A stretch of DNA of 50,325 nucleotides from Basidiobolus meristosporus CBS 931.73 (taxonomy: Eukaryota; Fungi; Basidiobolomycota), in contig MCFE01000642.1 of the NCBI GenBank assembly GCA_002104905.1, positions 1-50,325 on the forward strand, read 5' to 3'. The position numbers were made by a program, and so were the translations under genes. This document shows, one piece after another, positions 1-13,079 of this stretch. The stretch's first letter is position 1. Every line of letters starts with the position of its first letter. The notes below the pieces were generated by a model that made no database searches, had not been told where the DNA came from, and saw nothing but the letters and a program-made list of their open reading frames with translations.

Positions 1-190
1 GAAATCAGGAAATAGTCAAGAAACAGGGTGAGTGCATAATATGTGTAGAGCAATCAATATCCCAGGTAGAGAAAGCAGTATTGTTACTCCAGAGATGGAA
101 CTCAAGTAACCTAGTGTCACAGCCAAGAATTGAGCTATTTCCTGATGTAACAGCAGAGGAACACCATACAGTCCTTGAAGCACAACAACA

Positions 191-1678
191 GTGCCCAATG
201 ATAAAGCCCACAGTAAACCTAGCACAGCATGGGAGGGAGACAATGTGGTGTTTATACCAAAGCCTAAAAATCAAAAGACATTGAAGATTTGTGAAGCCAT
301 TGAGTGCAATAATGAAGAGTGGCCTAATATTCAAGAGGCTGCCCAAAGTCTAGCACACCATCACCTTAAGGCCAGCATACCATGGGACCATCAGGAACTC
401 AAGGCCAAGCAGAATGCACTTGACTTGTTCTATGAGCATTATCCTGGATTCAAACAGGCAAACAGATTTTGGGCCAACATTGGTATGTTAAGAAAGTATC
501 TTAAGAATTGCAGAAACTATCAAAGGCAGAAGAACAAGGGTGCCATGGCTAAAGACCAGCGGCTTCCTCAAGAGCCCATTACAAGCAGGGCCAAAAGCTC
601 CAGACAAGCATCAAAGAGATGTCAGGCAGCTGGAAGAGTGCTAATTAGGGACAAGCAGGCAGACATGAATGCACCAGCACAACATTTATCAAGGAAAAAG
701 TGTTGCACTATGCAAGAGGCACTGAGTCAAAGCAGCAGTGAAGGACCTGGCAGCGATAAAAACCAGCAGCTTTTATGAGGGCCCAATGCAACTACAGTTG
801 AGAGCTCAGAACAAGCAGAAAAGAAATGTCAGGTTGCCAGAAGAGTGCCAGCAAGGGACAAGCAGGCCACAACAGATGCCTCAGAGCAGAATATATCAAG
901 GGGAAAATGTAACTCATTGCAAGAAGTACTCAGACAAAGTAACAGTGAAAGACCTGGCAGTGATAATGGAAAAGATAAAGGGGAAAATGTCTACCCAAGG
1001 CTGAGACAGGGAGGCATGCAAAAGACGCTGCAGTTCTTGCCAATTAATGCCGCAAGCCTGGAACAGATTGAATCCCATCATAGCCAAGAAGAATCACCAA
1101 CAAGAAAACAGCTGTTTTCACAAGTGTTGGAAGTGCAGCCAGTTGGGCTACACTCCAGCAAGGTAGATGAGTTTGCAGAAAAAGGCAATTTGTCTACCAC
1201 AGCCTCCACATTCTCCATTGTTGACAGAGTGGAGACCCCACTGACAGACAAGGCTACAGCATCAAGAGCTCAAAAGACTATCACAATGCCTTCAGTGTAA
1301 TTTTGGAATATCAATAGGCACACCAAGAGGTTGCAGCACTTCTTCAAGAGCAGTGCTCAAGAATACACACTTGAATATTGCAAGGATTTATTGCAAAGAC
1401 TGGCAGATGAGGTGCCAGACCTTGCAGTGCCAGCTGAAGACCAGGACATGTGGGAACCAGTGAATGTACAGTGGCATAGAGCTGTTGGGTTCCCGCTAAA
1501 GTTGTGGAACCAGAGTGTTACAGCAGAAATATTTATTGAGTGGTGGATTTTAATGGAGTTACTTGTTGAATGTGGGGTTGGGCTGAATGTTAGTGTAGCA
1601 TATAGGGACTTGTACAAGTCAATACAATTGGCAATTGAGGTACAAGGAAATAAATCAATTTGTACACATGAAAAGTAA
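191..1678 (+). mobile_element. Degenerate, CpG-depleted ORF remnants, probably a transposon relic of unidentified class
   Basis: Broken ORFs 191-778, 845-1300 and 1331-1678 in DNA with almost no CG dinucleotides, next to LTR fragments. No recognisable domain motif. Confidence 0.3.
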
Positions 1679-2057
1679 GAGAAATGATTGAGTCAGGGAG
1701 TAAGAAGTGTGAAAAAGAGGTAATAGCCAATCAATGCACACAAACATAGGAGGTGATAGAGTGTCCAGGATCAGAAAGTGAGCAAATTGGCAGGGAGCCA
1801 ATCAAAAGCAACTTATACATTGTTGTGATGAAAAAATTTGACCAAGTTTTTTGTGAAATCTAGGGTGCAATTATTCTTCAACAGTCTCTGGACAGTGTCC
1901 TGACAGGATCATTACCTCTTAGTCATGGGACTTTAACTTTGTAATGGCCTTTTGACAGGATTATTACAATAATTTCCCTTAGGGAGAAATACCCTGCTAG
2001 TGGGTGAGATGGAATCTGTGGGGATACCAACTACTGATAAGGATGTCATAGTATGTA

Positions 2058-2326
2058 AATGTAAAAGTAGTATTTATACCTTTTCAGAGTCTTTGTCAAA
2101 AAAAGATGTAGAATATGCTTGAAAGACCTCAAGAACATACGTGCAAAGATTGAGGTTGTTTGGACAACTTTGTGAAACCCCATGCTCTGGGTATTGGATA
2201 TTTTGGTGGAAATATTCCAAGTAAACCCAACAAGGGATTTGGTTAGAGTTCTCTAAGATTGGTAGGTAGTGAGCTAAGTGACTAAGTTAGGGGAATACTT
2301 AGGTGTAATTACAAGTTCTTACAACA
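2058..2326 (-). mobile_element. Ty1/copia LTR fragment (antisense; same family as 41926-42273)
   Basis: aatgtaaaagtagtatttata...gtgcaaagattg...ctaagttagg...taattacaa...acaaca aligns by eye with 41926-42273 and ends in the LTR terminus ...ACAACA at 2326. Confidence 0.75.
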
Positions 2327-2517
2327 CCCAGAACATAGAATTACTCAGAGTTGTCCAAGCAGCCCCAAACTTTGGACACATGTCCTTGGGACCTTCCTAA
2401 GCATATTCTTTGTGTTTGTCTTGCCAAGACCATGTAAAAGTATAAATATTACATTCACATTCAATAAATGATTAAGTGGAAACCACATAATCCACTTGTT
2501 CTCCCAAACTCTTACAA
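2327..2517 (+). mobile_element. Ty1/copia LTR fragment (sense; same family as 42279-42557)
   Basis: gttgtccaagcagccccaaa...gccaagaccatgtaaaagtataaat...ccacataatccacttgt...actcttacaa matches 42367-42557. Confidence 0.75.
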
Positions 2518-3141
2518 TTGGAGGGAGCCAGGTCCGTAAGCCAGGTTCCAAATGGCAAAGTAAATGTCAAGATCTAGGTATAATACAAAATGTACAACGG
2601 AGTGCACATCTGTGTATTCAATCTACCAATGGTGGCATTTGTAATAGTGTAGTATATTAAGCTGATAGAAGTCAAGTAGAGAGAACTCTCCAGAGATTGG
2701 GTTGATGGCATTTCCAGAGTTAAACAGATCGATGTAGAAGGGCCAGCAATACAAATCAAGATTTAGATAGCCTTTCATTTTAAGTTTTATAAGATGGGCG
2801 AGGATAACATGCAGATATCAACCAAATTTCTCATATGTGATCATTTCAAACAAGCTAATCAATCAGCTATCTCTACTGGAATGCGTAAATTTGGATGGTA
2901 TAGTTATTATCATTGCGTAATAATTGGCAATATTACTAATGAATCGATTTTGGGCAAATGGATGGGATTTCAGGATGTGAACTATGTTCATAAATGGGAA
3001 TTCGAGTGGGTTTTTTCATCGGCTTATTTCTAAGCAGGCTGGGCAGGAATGGAAACCGGCTCACACGTGATCTGAGGATTTACCTGCGGAATGGGAAAAT
3101 TACTCTACTTTAACCTGGTCCGTAAAGGAGAAAACTTCAAT

Positions 3142-4672
3142 ATGCAGGCACTCCGTCTCACCCAGAATCTCACGTCACTACGTACACCTTTTCTCAGAGG
3201 ATGCTCGACAAGGTTCAGAAACCTTCGAGAGAAGTCCACTACCAGCGGTAGCTCCACCGCGGAAATCACCACTCTGGGTAACGGGATTCGCGTGGCCACC
3301 GAAAATACTCCAGGCCATTTTTCAGCAGTGGGCGTGTATGTGGATGCCGGCTCACGGTACGAAACGGAGGAAACCAGGGGTGTCAGCCACCTGCTAGACA
3401 GAATCGCTTTCAAAGTGAGTGACTGCTTTGTTGGAAGGTCTTTAGACCCGCCGTTTATTAACCAGGTTGTCGTATTGAACCATTTAGAGTACCGCTAACA
3501 AAAGCACCGAAGAAATCACTTCCGAATTGGAGGCCTTGGGTGGAAATGTGATGTGTTCTAGTTCGCGCGAGTGCATGATGTATCAAGCCTCCATTTTCAA
3601 CCAAGATCTGGAGCGAGTGGTATCTCTGTTCTCCGAGGTGGTGCAGAACCCCATCATTGACCCCCAGGAGTTGGATGAACAGCGACAATCAACATTCTAC
3701 GAGATCTCCGATATCTGGTCAAAGCCAGAATCGATTCTTCCCGAACTACTGCACATAACTGCTTACAAGAACAATACATTGGGGAACCCATTGCTCTGCC
3801 CGGAGAAGAACCTCGTCTCAATGACCCCTGAGACTATAAAGAAATATCTTCACCAGTGGTACACCCCCGAGCGGATTGTTGTCGCCGCTGCCGGTGCTCC
3901 CCACGATGAAGTATGTCGCTTGGCGGAGAAGTACTTCGGAAATATGAAGCAGAAGGCACCCGAGGAGCCATCCAAGCTAGCCAGTCTTTTTGGCAAGAAA
4001 TCTCCGGCTGACGAGAAAGCCAAATACACCGGAGGGACTCTCATGCGTGAAAACCTGGAGCTTCCATTTACAAACGTATACCTAGGCTTCGAGGGTGTCT
4101 CCATCCACGATCCTGATGTCTACCCCTTGGCCACTCTCCAGATCCTCATGGGAGGTGGTAGCTCGTTCTCCGCTGGTGGGCCAGGCAAGGGAATGTACTC
4201 ACGATTCTATACCAACATTCTGAACCAGCACTACTGGGTGGAATCCTGCCAATCTTTCAATCACTGCTACACGGACTCTGGACTCTTTGGTGTTGCGGCA
4301 TCCTGCCGTCCCGAATACAATCAGCATCTGATCTACTTCGTTGGACAGGAGCTGGAGCTCATCACCCGAACCGGGCGTGGGGGCATCTCCGAGGTGGAGA
4401 TGAACAGAGCCAAAAACCAGCTCAAGAGTAGCTTGCTAATGAATTTGGAAAGCCGCATGATCCAGCTGGAAGATCTTGGGCGTCAGGTGCAGATTCGGGG
4501 TCACAAGGTCGAGGCGGAGGAGATGTGTGACCTTATTGATCAGGTTACGCTAGCGGACCTGTGTCGCGTCGCCAACCGAGTTCTGAAGGACGGCAAGGGA
4601 GACATCACCTTTGTTGCTGAAGGAAACCTCACCGGACTGAACGATTACAAGAAACTACTTAAATTGCCCTGA
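3142..4672 (+). CDS. MAS2: Mitochondrial processing peptidase alpha subunit (M16 family); exons 3142-3414 and 3488-4672
   Basis: Arg/Ser/Thr-rich presequence, [46 protein letters not shown], glycine-rich loop [18 protein letters not shown]. Intron GTGAGT...TTTAG restores the frame. Confidence 0.95.
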
Positions 4673-5193
4673 GCAACATCTAATTCATGCATTGTATTTA
4701 GACTCATCTCATCAAATCCCTACAATAAACCAATGTGACCATTTGGCCCATTTTCTAGAAGTTACCATTCCCTTTGGGATAATGCCTCATGACGTTACGT
4801 TGGTAACTTGCCTGATCACATGATTCGTCTCACCACGGCAAAGATTTTTCATCTTCCAACAGCCGATGTGAGAGTGTGATGATGGATTCGGCCATTCACC
4901 CACTGCCATTGCCATTCACCACCCCTAGCATCGACACCATTCTGATCATGTAAAATCATCTATTCCGGATTCCGTTGACCAAATTGATGAAGTTATATGT
5001 ATATATATACTCCACTGACGTTGACACTGTTTCCTCACAAACCTGAATCCAGTAGAGTTTTAGTAAGCAAGCGCGAGTCCGAAAACTCCCCCCTTCCCTT
5101 CTACAGTTACTCTATATTTATAGAAGGCACGGGAATATAGACACACTACTGGTTACTTTTTCGTATTCTTAAGAAGTCATCAAGGCAAGCTTC

Positions 5194-8100
5194 ATGACTT
5201 CCGTGACTAAAGGCTTCGCCACCCTTGTCGAGGGTTTCTCGACATTGGGTTTAAGGCGAGCCCTCCCTAAGACGGGACCGAGCCTGGCGGCACGCCCAGT
5301 CTCCACTCAGGTCCGCTCCTTACCTCGTAGATTACCCAACCCAACAAGCATAAGCAACATCGGATTCCCCCCAACCCTACCGAACGCTCCGCTCACTTTG
5401 GTTAGAAATAACTTTCAGGTTGGCGGTTTGAGCCCCTTCACGCGCATACAAACCCAGAGTTTTTTCACCAGAGCTTATGCGCTGAAGGCCAAAAAGTCCT
5501 CCGAGAAGGGCGAGGGGAGTGAAAAGAACAGCAAGCAGAGCAATTCCAAAGGTGAGAACGGCTCGAAGAGCGAAAGCAACAACGGCAACAAAGGTGAGAA
5601 TGGCAACAACGGCAACGGCAAAAACGACAACGGGAATAACAGCAACAACGGTAAAGGCAACAATGGCGGTAACAACGGAAACAGCGGTAAAGGAAGCAAC
5701 AGCAACAACGGTGACGACGGTAAAGGCAAGAACGCCTTCGAAGCAATTCGAAAGGTGATCGATATCGCGGAAAACACACTACAGAAGCCCTCCATTCCGG
5801 AAAACTATCCACAAGTTCTGGCTCTACCGATCACACGACGCCCGCTGTTCCCTGGCTTTTACAAGGCGGTTTCTATCAAGGATCCTAACGTCACAAATGC
5901 CATCCGCGAACTCATGAAGCGTAACCAGCCTTACGTTGGTGCCTTTCTACTCAAGGATGACAACAAAGATGTCGATATAGTGAATGATATCTCGGAAATC
6001 CACAAGATCGGTGTGTTTGCTCAGATCACCAGCATCTACCCGACCAATGGACAGGATGGCGATTCTTTGACCGCGGTACTTTATCCTCACAGGCGTATTC
6101 GAGTGACCGAGCTTATCCCACCCAAACCAGTTGACGGAAATGCTGCCCCTGCTGTTGCTGCCGTCGTTGACGAGGAGAGCGAGAAGAATAGCGATGAACA
6201 GCCGGAAGCTGGCGCAAAGTCAGATGCTTTGGGAGACAAAGATGAGAACGGCGACTTCTACGCTACCGCATTCTTGCGTGACCACGCAGTGTCCTTGGCC
6301 AATGTAGATACGCTTCACGATGAGCCGTACAACAAGAATAACCAGGTCGTGCGGGCCATTACGTCGGAAATTGTCGCGGTGTTCCAGGAGCTGGCCACGC
6401 TCAACCCGCTTTTCCGCGACCATATCGTCAACTTCTCAATGTCGCAAAACCCCGGAAACCTGTTCGACGACCCGGCCAAAATCTCTGATTTCGCCGCAGC
6501 CGTGTCAGGTGGAGAGTCGGATGAACTGCAAAGTGTACTCGAATGCCTTACGGTTGAGGAGCGTCTTCAGAAATCGCTAGAGGTCTTGAAGAAGGAGCTA
6601 ATCAACGCGCAGCTTCAGAACAAAATCAGCAAGGAGGTCGATTCCAAGATCGCCAAGCGTCAACGGGAGTACTATCTGATGGAGCAACTCAAAGGGATTA
6701 AGAAGGAACTCGGAATGGATTCGGACGGAAAGGACAAGCTGGTCGAGAAGTTCAAAGAAAGAGCCTCAAAGCTGGCAATGCCTGAAGCGGTCACCAAAGT
6801 GGTTGAGGAAGAGCTGAACAAACTGGCGCATCTGGAGCCTGCGGCCTCCGAGTTCAATGTCACCAGGAATTACCTCGATTGGCTTACATTGATCCCTTGG
6901 GGACTGAGAACCCGGGAGAATTACAACATCGAGAATGCTATGAAGGTTTTGGACGAGGACCACTACGGATTGAAGGACGTGAAAGAACGAATTCTGGAAT
7001 TCATTGCTGTTGGTAAGCTCCGTGGCACCGTCGAGGGGAAGATCATCTGTCTTGCCGGACCGCCAGGTGTAGGCAAAACATCGATCGGCAAATCCATCGC
7101 TCGTGCGTTGAATAGAGAATTCTACCGATTCAGTGTGGGCGGGCTGACCGATGTTGCCGAGATCAAAGGGCACAGACGTACCTACGTCGGAGCGATGCCA
7201 GGCAAGGTCATCCAAGCCTTGAAGAAAGTACAAACCGAGAACCCCCTGATTCTGATTGACGAGGTTGATAAGATTGGACGTGGACACCAAGGAGACCCAT
7301 CCTCCGCTCTTCTAGAGCTGTTGGACCCCGAGCAGAACTCATCCTTCTTGGACCATTACATGGACATCCCGGTGGACCTTTCCAGAGTGCTGTTCGTCTG
7401 TACAGCCAACGTATTGGACACCATCCCCGGACCACTGCTCGATCGAATGGAAGTCATCCAGCTGTCAGGCTATGTTGCGGACGAGAAGGTCGCCATTGCC
7501 GAGAAGTACCTTGCCCCTAACGCGAAAGAAACCTCCGGCCTATCCGACGCACAAGTTGACCTAGACCCCCGATGCATCGAGGCGTTGATCCGATCCTACT
7601 GCCGGGAAAGTGGTGTGCGTAACCTCAAGAAGCACATCGAGAAAATCTACCGCAAGGCGGCATTGAAGATCGTCAAAGAAATCGATGAGAAGCACCCAGA
7701 ATTGCAGTCCACCCCAGAAGACGACAAGGCCGAGGCCGAGGAAGGGGACAAGAGCCTGACCAAGGAGAAGCGTAAGCCTATGAACGTCCCTGCCGATATC
7801 AAGGTCGAAATCAAGCCCGAGAACTTGAAGGACTTCGTGGGACCGGCGGTGTTTACTAGCGATCGCTTGTACGACAATACTCCTCCGGGTGTGGTGATGG
7901 GATTGGCTTGGACTAGCATGGGTAAGTGGATGTTATTGACATATGGCCATCAGCAGCGAGCTAAATCTTTACCCAGGTGGATCTTCCCTCTATATCGAAT
8001 CTGTTGTGGACTCTGCGCTCACCGATGAAAGCAAGCCCCATTTCGCCAGAACCGGACAGTTGGGCGACGTCATGAAGGAGTCTTCTTCGATTGCTTATAC

Positions 8101-8545
8101 TTACACCAAGAGCTTGGTTGCTCGTCGCTTCGAGGCCAACAAATTCTTCGACAAGGCCTCGATCCATCTTCACGTACCCGAGGGGGCCACCCCCAAGGAC
8201 GGGCCATCTGCTGGTGTCACCATGGCCACAGCACTGCTTTCCCTCGCTTTGAACAAGCCGGTTCTCCCTACGGTTGCCATGACCGGGGAATTGACCCTCA
8301 CCGGCAAGGTGCTGAAGATCGGTGGGCTCAAGGAGAAGACCATTGCTGCCAAACGAAGCGGTGTTACAAGAATCATCTTCCCTAAGGCCAATTTGCCCGA
8401 CTGGGAAGAGTTGCCGGAGAACATCCGTGAAGGCATCGAGGGATACCCTGTTGAGTGGTACGAAGAGATCCCAACACTGGTAGGCTTGGTGTCTGAGGAA
8501 GAATGGACCGGCACAAAGTACCAACGCCCTACGGTCGGACGTTGA
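5194..8545 (+). CDS. PIM1: Mitochondrial Lon protease (AAA+ and S16 domains); exons 5194-7921 and 7977-8545
   Basis: Walker [10 protein letters not shown], Walker B LIDEVDK, catalytic PKDGPSAG and KIGGLKEK. Intron 7922-7976 joins AWTSMG to GSSLYIE. Confidence 0.97.
5500..5730 (+). repeat. Low-complexity Asn/Gly/Lys/Ser (AAC/GGC-rich) coding tract in the Lon N-terminus
   Basis: Translates as ...[50 protein letters not shown]... Confidence 0.85.
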
Positions 8546-8931
8546 ACCAATCTTTAAATTCATATATATATATGCATCAAGCGAGACAATCTCTTAACCT
8601 TACTTTCATTTCACAAAGTACATTCTCTTTCTTCACTATCTAATAAAATGCCTCCCAAAATGCTCGTCTTATTCCCAATTCTCTCTCTGGTGGTGGTCGA
8701 TTTGCCAACATTCGAAATGGATTGTGCCAAATAGATCTACGAATCGGTTCCCAGCTCGCATTATGATTGATATTCGCTCTGGATGGCGCCATTCCATTCA
8801 ACATCACCACCGCTGGCTTCGAGCTTGTCGCATCGGGATTCGTGATCATATCTTGCCTCAGATATTGCGAGATGCGGGCACTACGGGTATAAATAGTGTA
8901 GGTAGGAGAGTCGATACCACAACTATCGACC

Positions 8932-10031
8932 ATGGCCACTTCTACTTCTATCCAAGGAAACACCATCAGCAGCACCGCTAAAGGCGGCCTTGTAGTCAAA
9001 GGCGAATACATTCGCGGGTTCAACGCCGATCCCCAGTACAAGTCCCTTTTGGATGCAGCCACGAAGCGAACTGATCTGACCCCTTCCATTGGGACGGAGC
9101 TAGAGGGAGTTCAGCTTGCAGAGCTTACAGATGCCCAGCTTGAAGATCTCCTTGCCTTGACAGCCGAACGCGGGGTTGTCTTCTTCAGGAATCAAAACTT
9201 GAACCAGCAGGAGTCGCTAGAACTTGGAAACAAGTTAGGTGAGTCCGAAGTTTCTTTTTGACGGCCGTTTTAACGAGCTCTTGTCTCACCTCTATGCTAG
9301 GCCCACTTCATGTCCACCCGTTTATTCCCTCGCCTGATGGGCAACCTCAGCTGTTGATTCCTGACGCTTCAGGCAGGCGTGACATCTATGACGAGGAAAT
9401 CAATCGAAAGGGTGGTTGGCACAGCGATATCTCATTCGAGGAGGTACCAGCGTCCATCTCGATCCTACAGCTTAAAGCAGTCCCACCAACTGGGGGAGAC
9501 ACATTATGGTCGAACGCTTATGCACTCTATGATAAGCTTTCTCCTGAATTTCAACGGTTTCTTGAGACCCTTACTGGTGTTCATAGTGGCGAAGGATTCA
9601 TCAGGCTCGCAGAGAGAAGTGGTCAGCCGCTACTACGACCAATCCCCACCCACACTGAACATCCTATTGTCCGTACCAACCCACTAACCAAACAAAAAGG
9701 TCTCTTTGTTAACGCAACATTTACCAAGTCCATCAAAGAGTTGAATCCAGTCGAATCTGATCTGGTTCTGGGTTTCCTGTTCGATCATGTTGCGCGTAAT
9801 CATGATACCCAGGTTCGCTTCACCTGGACTCCCAACTCTGTTGCATTCTGGGATAACCGAAGCACCCAGCATATTGCCACTCCTGATTATTATCCTTATC
9901 CTAGGTATGGTGAGCGTGTCACCGTGCTGGGAGAAAAGCCATACTTCGACCCTAATAGCACCACCGAGGCTGCGGTCAAAGAACCTATCATTGCTGCGCT
10001 ACTCGAGCAGTTAGAGCTCCAAAAACCATGA
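8932..10031 (+). CDS. TauD/TfdA alpha-ketoglutarate-dependent dioxygenase (sulfonate dioxygenase-like); exons 8932-9238 and 9301-10031
   Basis: ERGVVFFRNQ, HxD motif WHSDISFE, GGDTLW, HPIVRTNP, WDNRSTQH, distal Arg RYGERVT. TATAAAT about 45 nt upstream. Confidence 0.92.
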
Positions 10032-10194
10032 TATGAATTGAAACATGGTTGAGCATTTAAGATCGATTAAAATAAAGTGCATTCATTTTGTGAAGTATGA
10101 AATTCCGGAATAAATCGCCTTGTTTATCGGATCGTTAATGGGCCTTCCTCTAGCCTAGTCAACTTCGGAAGCCGACCAAGGCATACACGTTGGA

Positions 10195-12954
10195 ATGGAC
10201 TTTGAGAAATTGGTGGATCGCTATCGGGACAAACTAAACAACCAGTTAAAACGAAAGACTGCACAGCAACCGCAGAAAAACCATGTTGACGTTGTTCCTT
10301 GGTAATTTGGCTAGACTACCCACTGGTATTGGGAAATTCAGCTAACGCAGACGTCCAATTAGGAACTGGGTTGCCGGAAAAATCACTTCTCTGCTTTCTG
10401 AGTATCCTTCAGGTCTTACTGACGCCATCATTTGCTCCGAGTTAGAAGTTCAAGTAAAGTAGATTTTTGCTCTATTAGACGGTGCTTATCCCTTGGGATC
10501 TTGAACGGGCACTTACTGCAATATTCCAGTGGGAAGAGAGTAGCATAGAGTACAAGAGAGGAGTATCAAAAAGTTCGTAAGAGAAAGTCCAGCCCATATT
10601 GAGTTTCGTGTTCTAAAATCGACTGCACGAATAGAATTTGGAACCATCGATTCCATGTTGGAGTCGGCAATGTCCGAGGAGAATGTGTTCGAAGTCGAAA
10701 TCAAAACAGTACGCATATTACCGGGAACACGAACATATATCCTTTCATGTCTGTTGAATCTATTATTGATGCCCCTAGCCTTGTAACACTCCATAACTCC
10801 ACTCTACGTGTAATAACGCTATCGGATCAAAGAAGCCCGCATCATCTGGATATGTACTTACATCAGAAGTATTATTTCTTGACTACCGACGACTATAAGG
10901 GGCTATTCAACCAGGTATCACTACTCGTCACTCGATATTTTGGAATGTATTGAAGTAACGGACGTATGTAGAATCAACGACAAATCCGAATTACTGGCAT
11001 TCGATTGCTCGAAAATGCTAGTCGGTTTCCTCGATTACTACCAACGGAGATGATGATCTTCATGCTGTCGTCGGAGAACTCGTATGACCAAAGGTTTATC
11101 AAGGAGGAACTTGAGGTGGATAAACTTGGGGATGTGAGTGGCGCAGCCATAGCTCAAGGAAAAGAGTACAGATTTTGGGTCAAGGTAAGTGTAGACTCGA
11201 CACCCTGGCCACTGCTCATTTAGTCATCACACAATCCAGATTGTTCACATTGGTTCAGAACAAGCCGGCAATATACCTGGCAGACTGAAGAAGCTAAAGA
11301 TCTTTGTAAACGATATGTCTACCAACGAAAATGCAGTTTTCCTACTATGGGACGAACAGATTGCGATGAGGGATTTGTTTAAAAAGGTTAGTGGAGGCTA
11401 TTGGACATGGTCACCACCCTCTTCACCTAAACCATTGAATTTTGCTGAATCTAGGGTGACTACTTAGGCCTTCATAGACCTTACATCAATGGAGATTCGA
11501 CATATAGTGACGATATGTTGATTCTCGAGTACGGAACTGGGACAGTGCTGTTCTGCTTACCTTCGGACTTCTCACAGGTAGCTAACTTCACCAAGGCCTT
11601 CTTGCCATAGGTTAACCAACCGATTTTAGGAAGTAGTATCTAGCTCTATGCCCAGCCAAACTGGCTCCAGCCAGACTACCGTTCCACGAGATGACTTCGT
11701 AGGGCAAACGCTCTGTTTTACCTAGTTCATCCCAGATCTAATAATACAACCTTGCGCATAGGGCCTATTGGATTACAAGTATTATCCAGAAAGGATATAC
11801 ATTCACGACTTGAAGCCGAAGATGATCAACATCACATTGTTTGGTAGAATAGTTGCAATGTCACAAAATGTACCGATCATTTAGGCGTCTCCCTGATTCA
11901 AACATGGATTTAATCTCATTCGTCAACCGTACAAACCCACTCTAGATTCCTGTGGAAAAAACTGGAACAATGATGGACCGCTTTGCCGTAAGAGTCCTCG
12001 ACATAACAGGTATTCCTGAATCTGCACATCTCAATGCACAATTTCAATTTATTGAAGCACCTCAATCGACCTCGTAAGGCACTTGCGATATCACGCTTTG
12101 GGAAGCAATCGGCCATGATGCAGCGCCATTCCGAATTGGCCAATACATATTATTGGAAGGTTTAAGTACGTCAGAGCGAAAGGAGAACGGTCAGTGTTTC
12201 GTGAATGGTAGTGAAATTCTAGGCTGTCAAGTGAGAAACAGTAAGTGTCCGATAGAGTACATCTCACGTGGGGTTGAAGCTGATTTCATTCTACAGTAAG
12301 CACTCTGAAGGGGATCCTGGCGTCGCCAGCGTTACGTGAAATGGTCCCTCTTAAGAACGCAGTCGAATATGATAACTTCTACTGTCGCAGTGTGATCGTC
12401 GGTTGGGAGGCTGGCAACTCCAAAGGAATCAGCTCAAAAGAGGGGATCCCAAACCTGATCCTCTTAACTCGTATGTATTTTATCAGCAACTATGAAACCA
12501 TGAGAGCCTCGTTGACCCGCCCTCTACAGATAATGCGTGTAAGAGAACTGTGATAGAGAAATCCGATTGGTTTTACTGTGAGCACTGCAAGGTGGAAATC
12601 AGAGATGACTCTGGTCTAGAACCAATTTACAATATCACCTGGTTTCTTGATGATGGCACCGACGCCTTGAGTGTCCAGGGATTGTGGAATGCAAGTTTGG
12701 ATATATTAGGGCTGCCTGCACAAGAGTTCATGTTCACGCCCAAAGAAGAGGCGGAGTTGATCTTACAGCGTGCGATTGGGAAAGAGATATGGGCGTTGAT
12801 TTGTCAAGTGGTAATTGCGCAGATATGGCTATATCGTACACACGTTCAGGGACATTCATCTTTCTTTTAGAATCTTCAGGAGTACGAGCTTAGCGTGGCT
12901 TTACCACCATGTTGCCCTATTGGCGAGGTGATGGAGCTCTTGAACTCGCAATGA
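10195..12954 (+). CDS. Multi-exon, multi-OB-fold nucleic-acid-binding protein (CDC24_OB-like) with a C-terminal RPA70C-like Zn-OB domain
   Basis: Exon pieces DMYLHQKYY, PRLLPTEMMIFML, KEYRFWVK, FLLWDEQIAMRDLF, GDYLGLHRPYI, LEYGTGTVLFCLP recall the plant CDC24_OB family. C-terminal WFYCEHCK...WFLDDGT...ILGLPAQEF is RPA70C-like. Exact exons not resolved. Confidence 0.6.
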
Positions 12955-13079
12955 CTAAAGAGGCGGTTCGAAGCTGTACCTGGAAAGCAAATATCCCGCT
13001 GTCTAACCAATCAAACTTTCGAGTGGAAAATTTAATATTAAAAATAAATGAATTCGTGTAGGAATGTAATGTGGAAAGT

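Noticed and set aside
5465-5812. Cys/Arg-rich and Leu/Pro-rich antisense or alternative-frame ORFs
   Set aside because: These are shadow frames of the AAC/GGC low-complexity tract in Lon.
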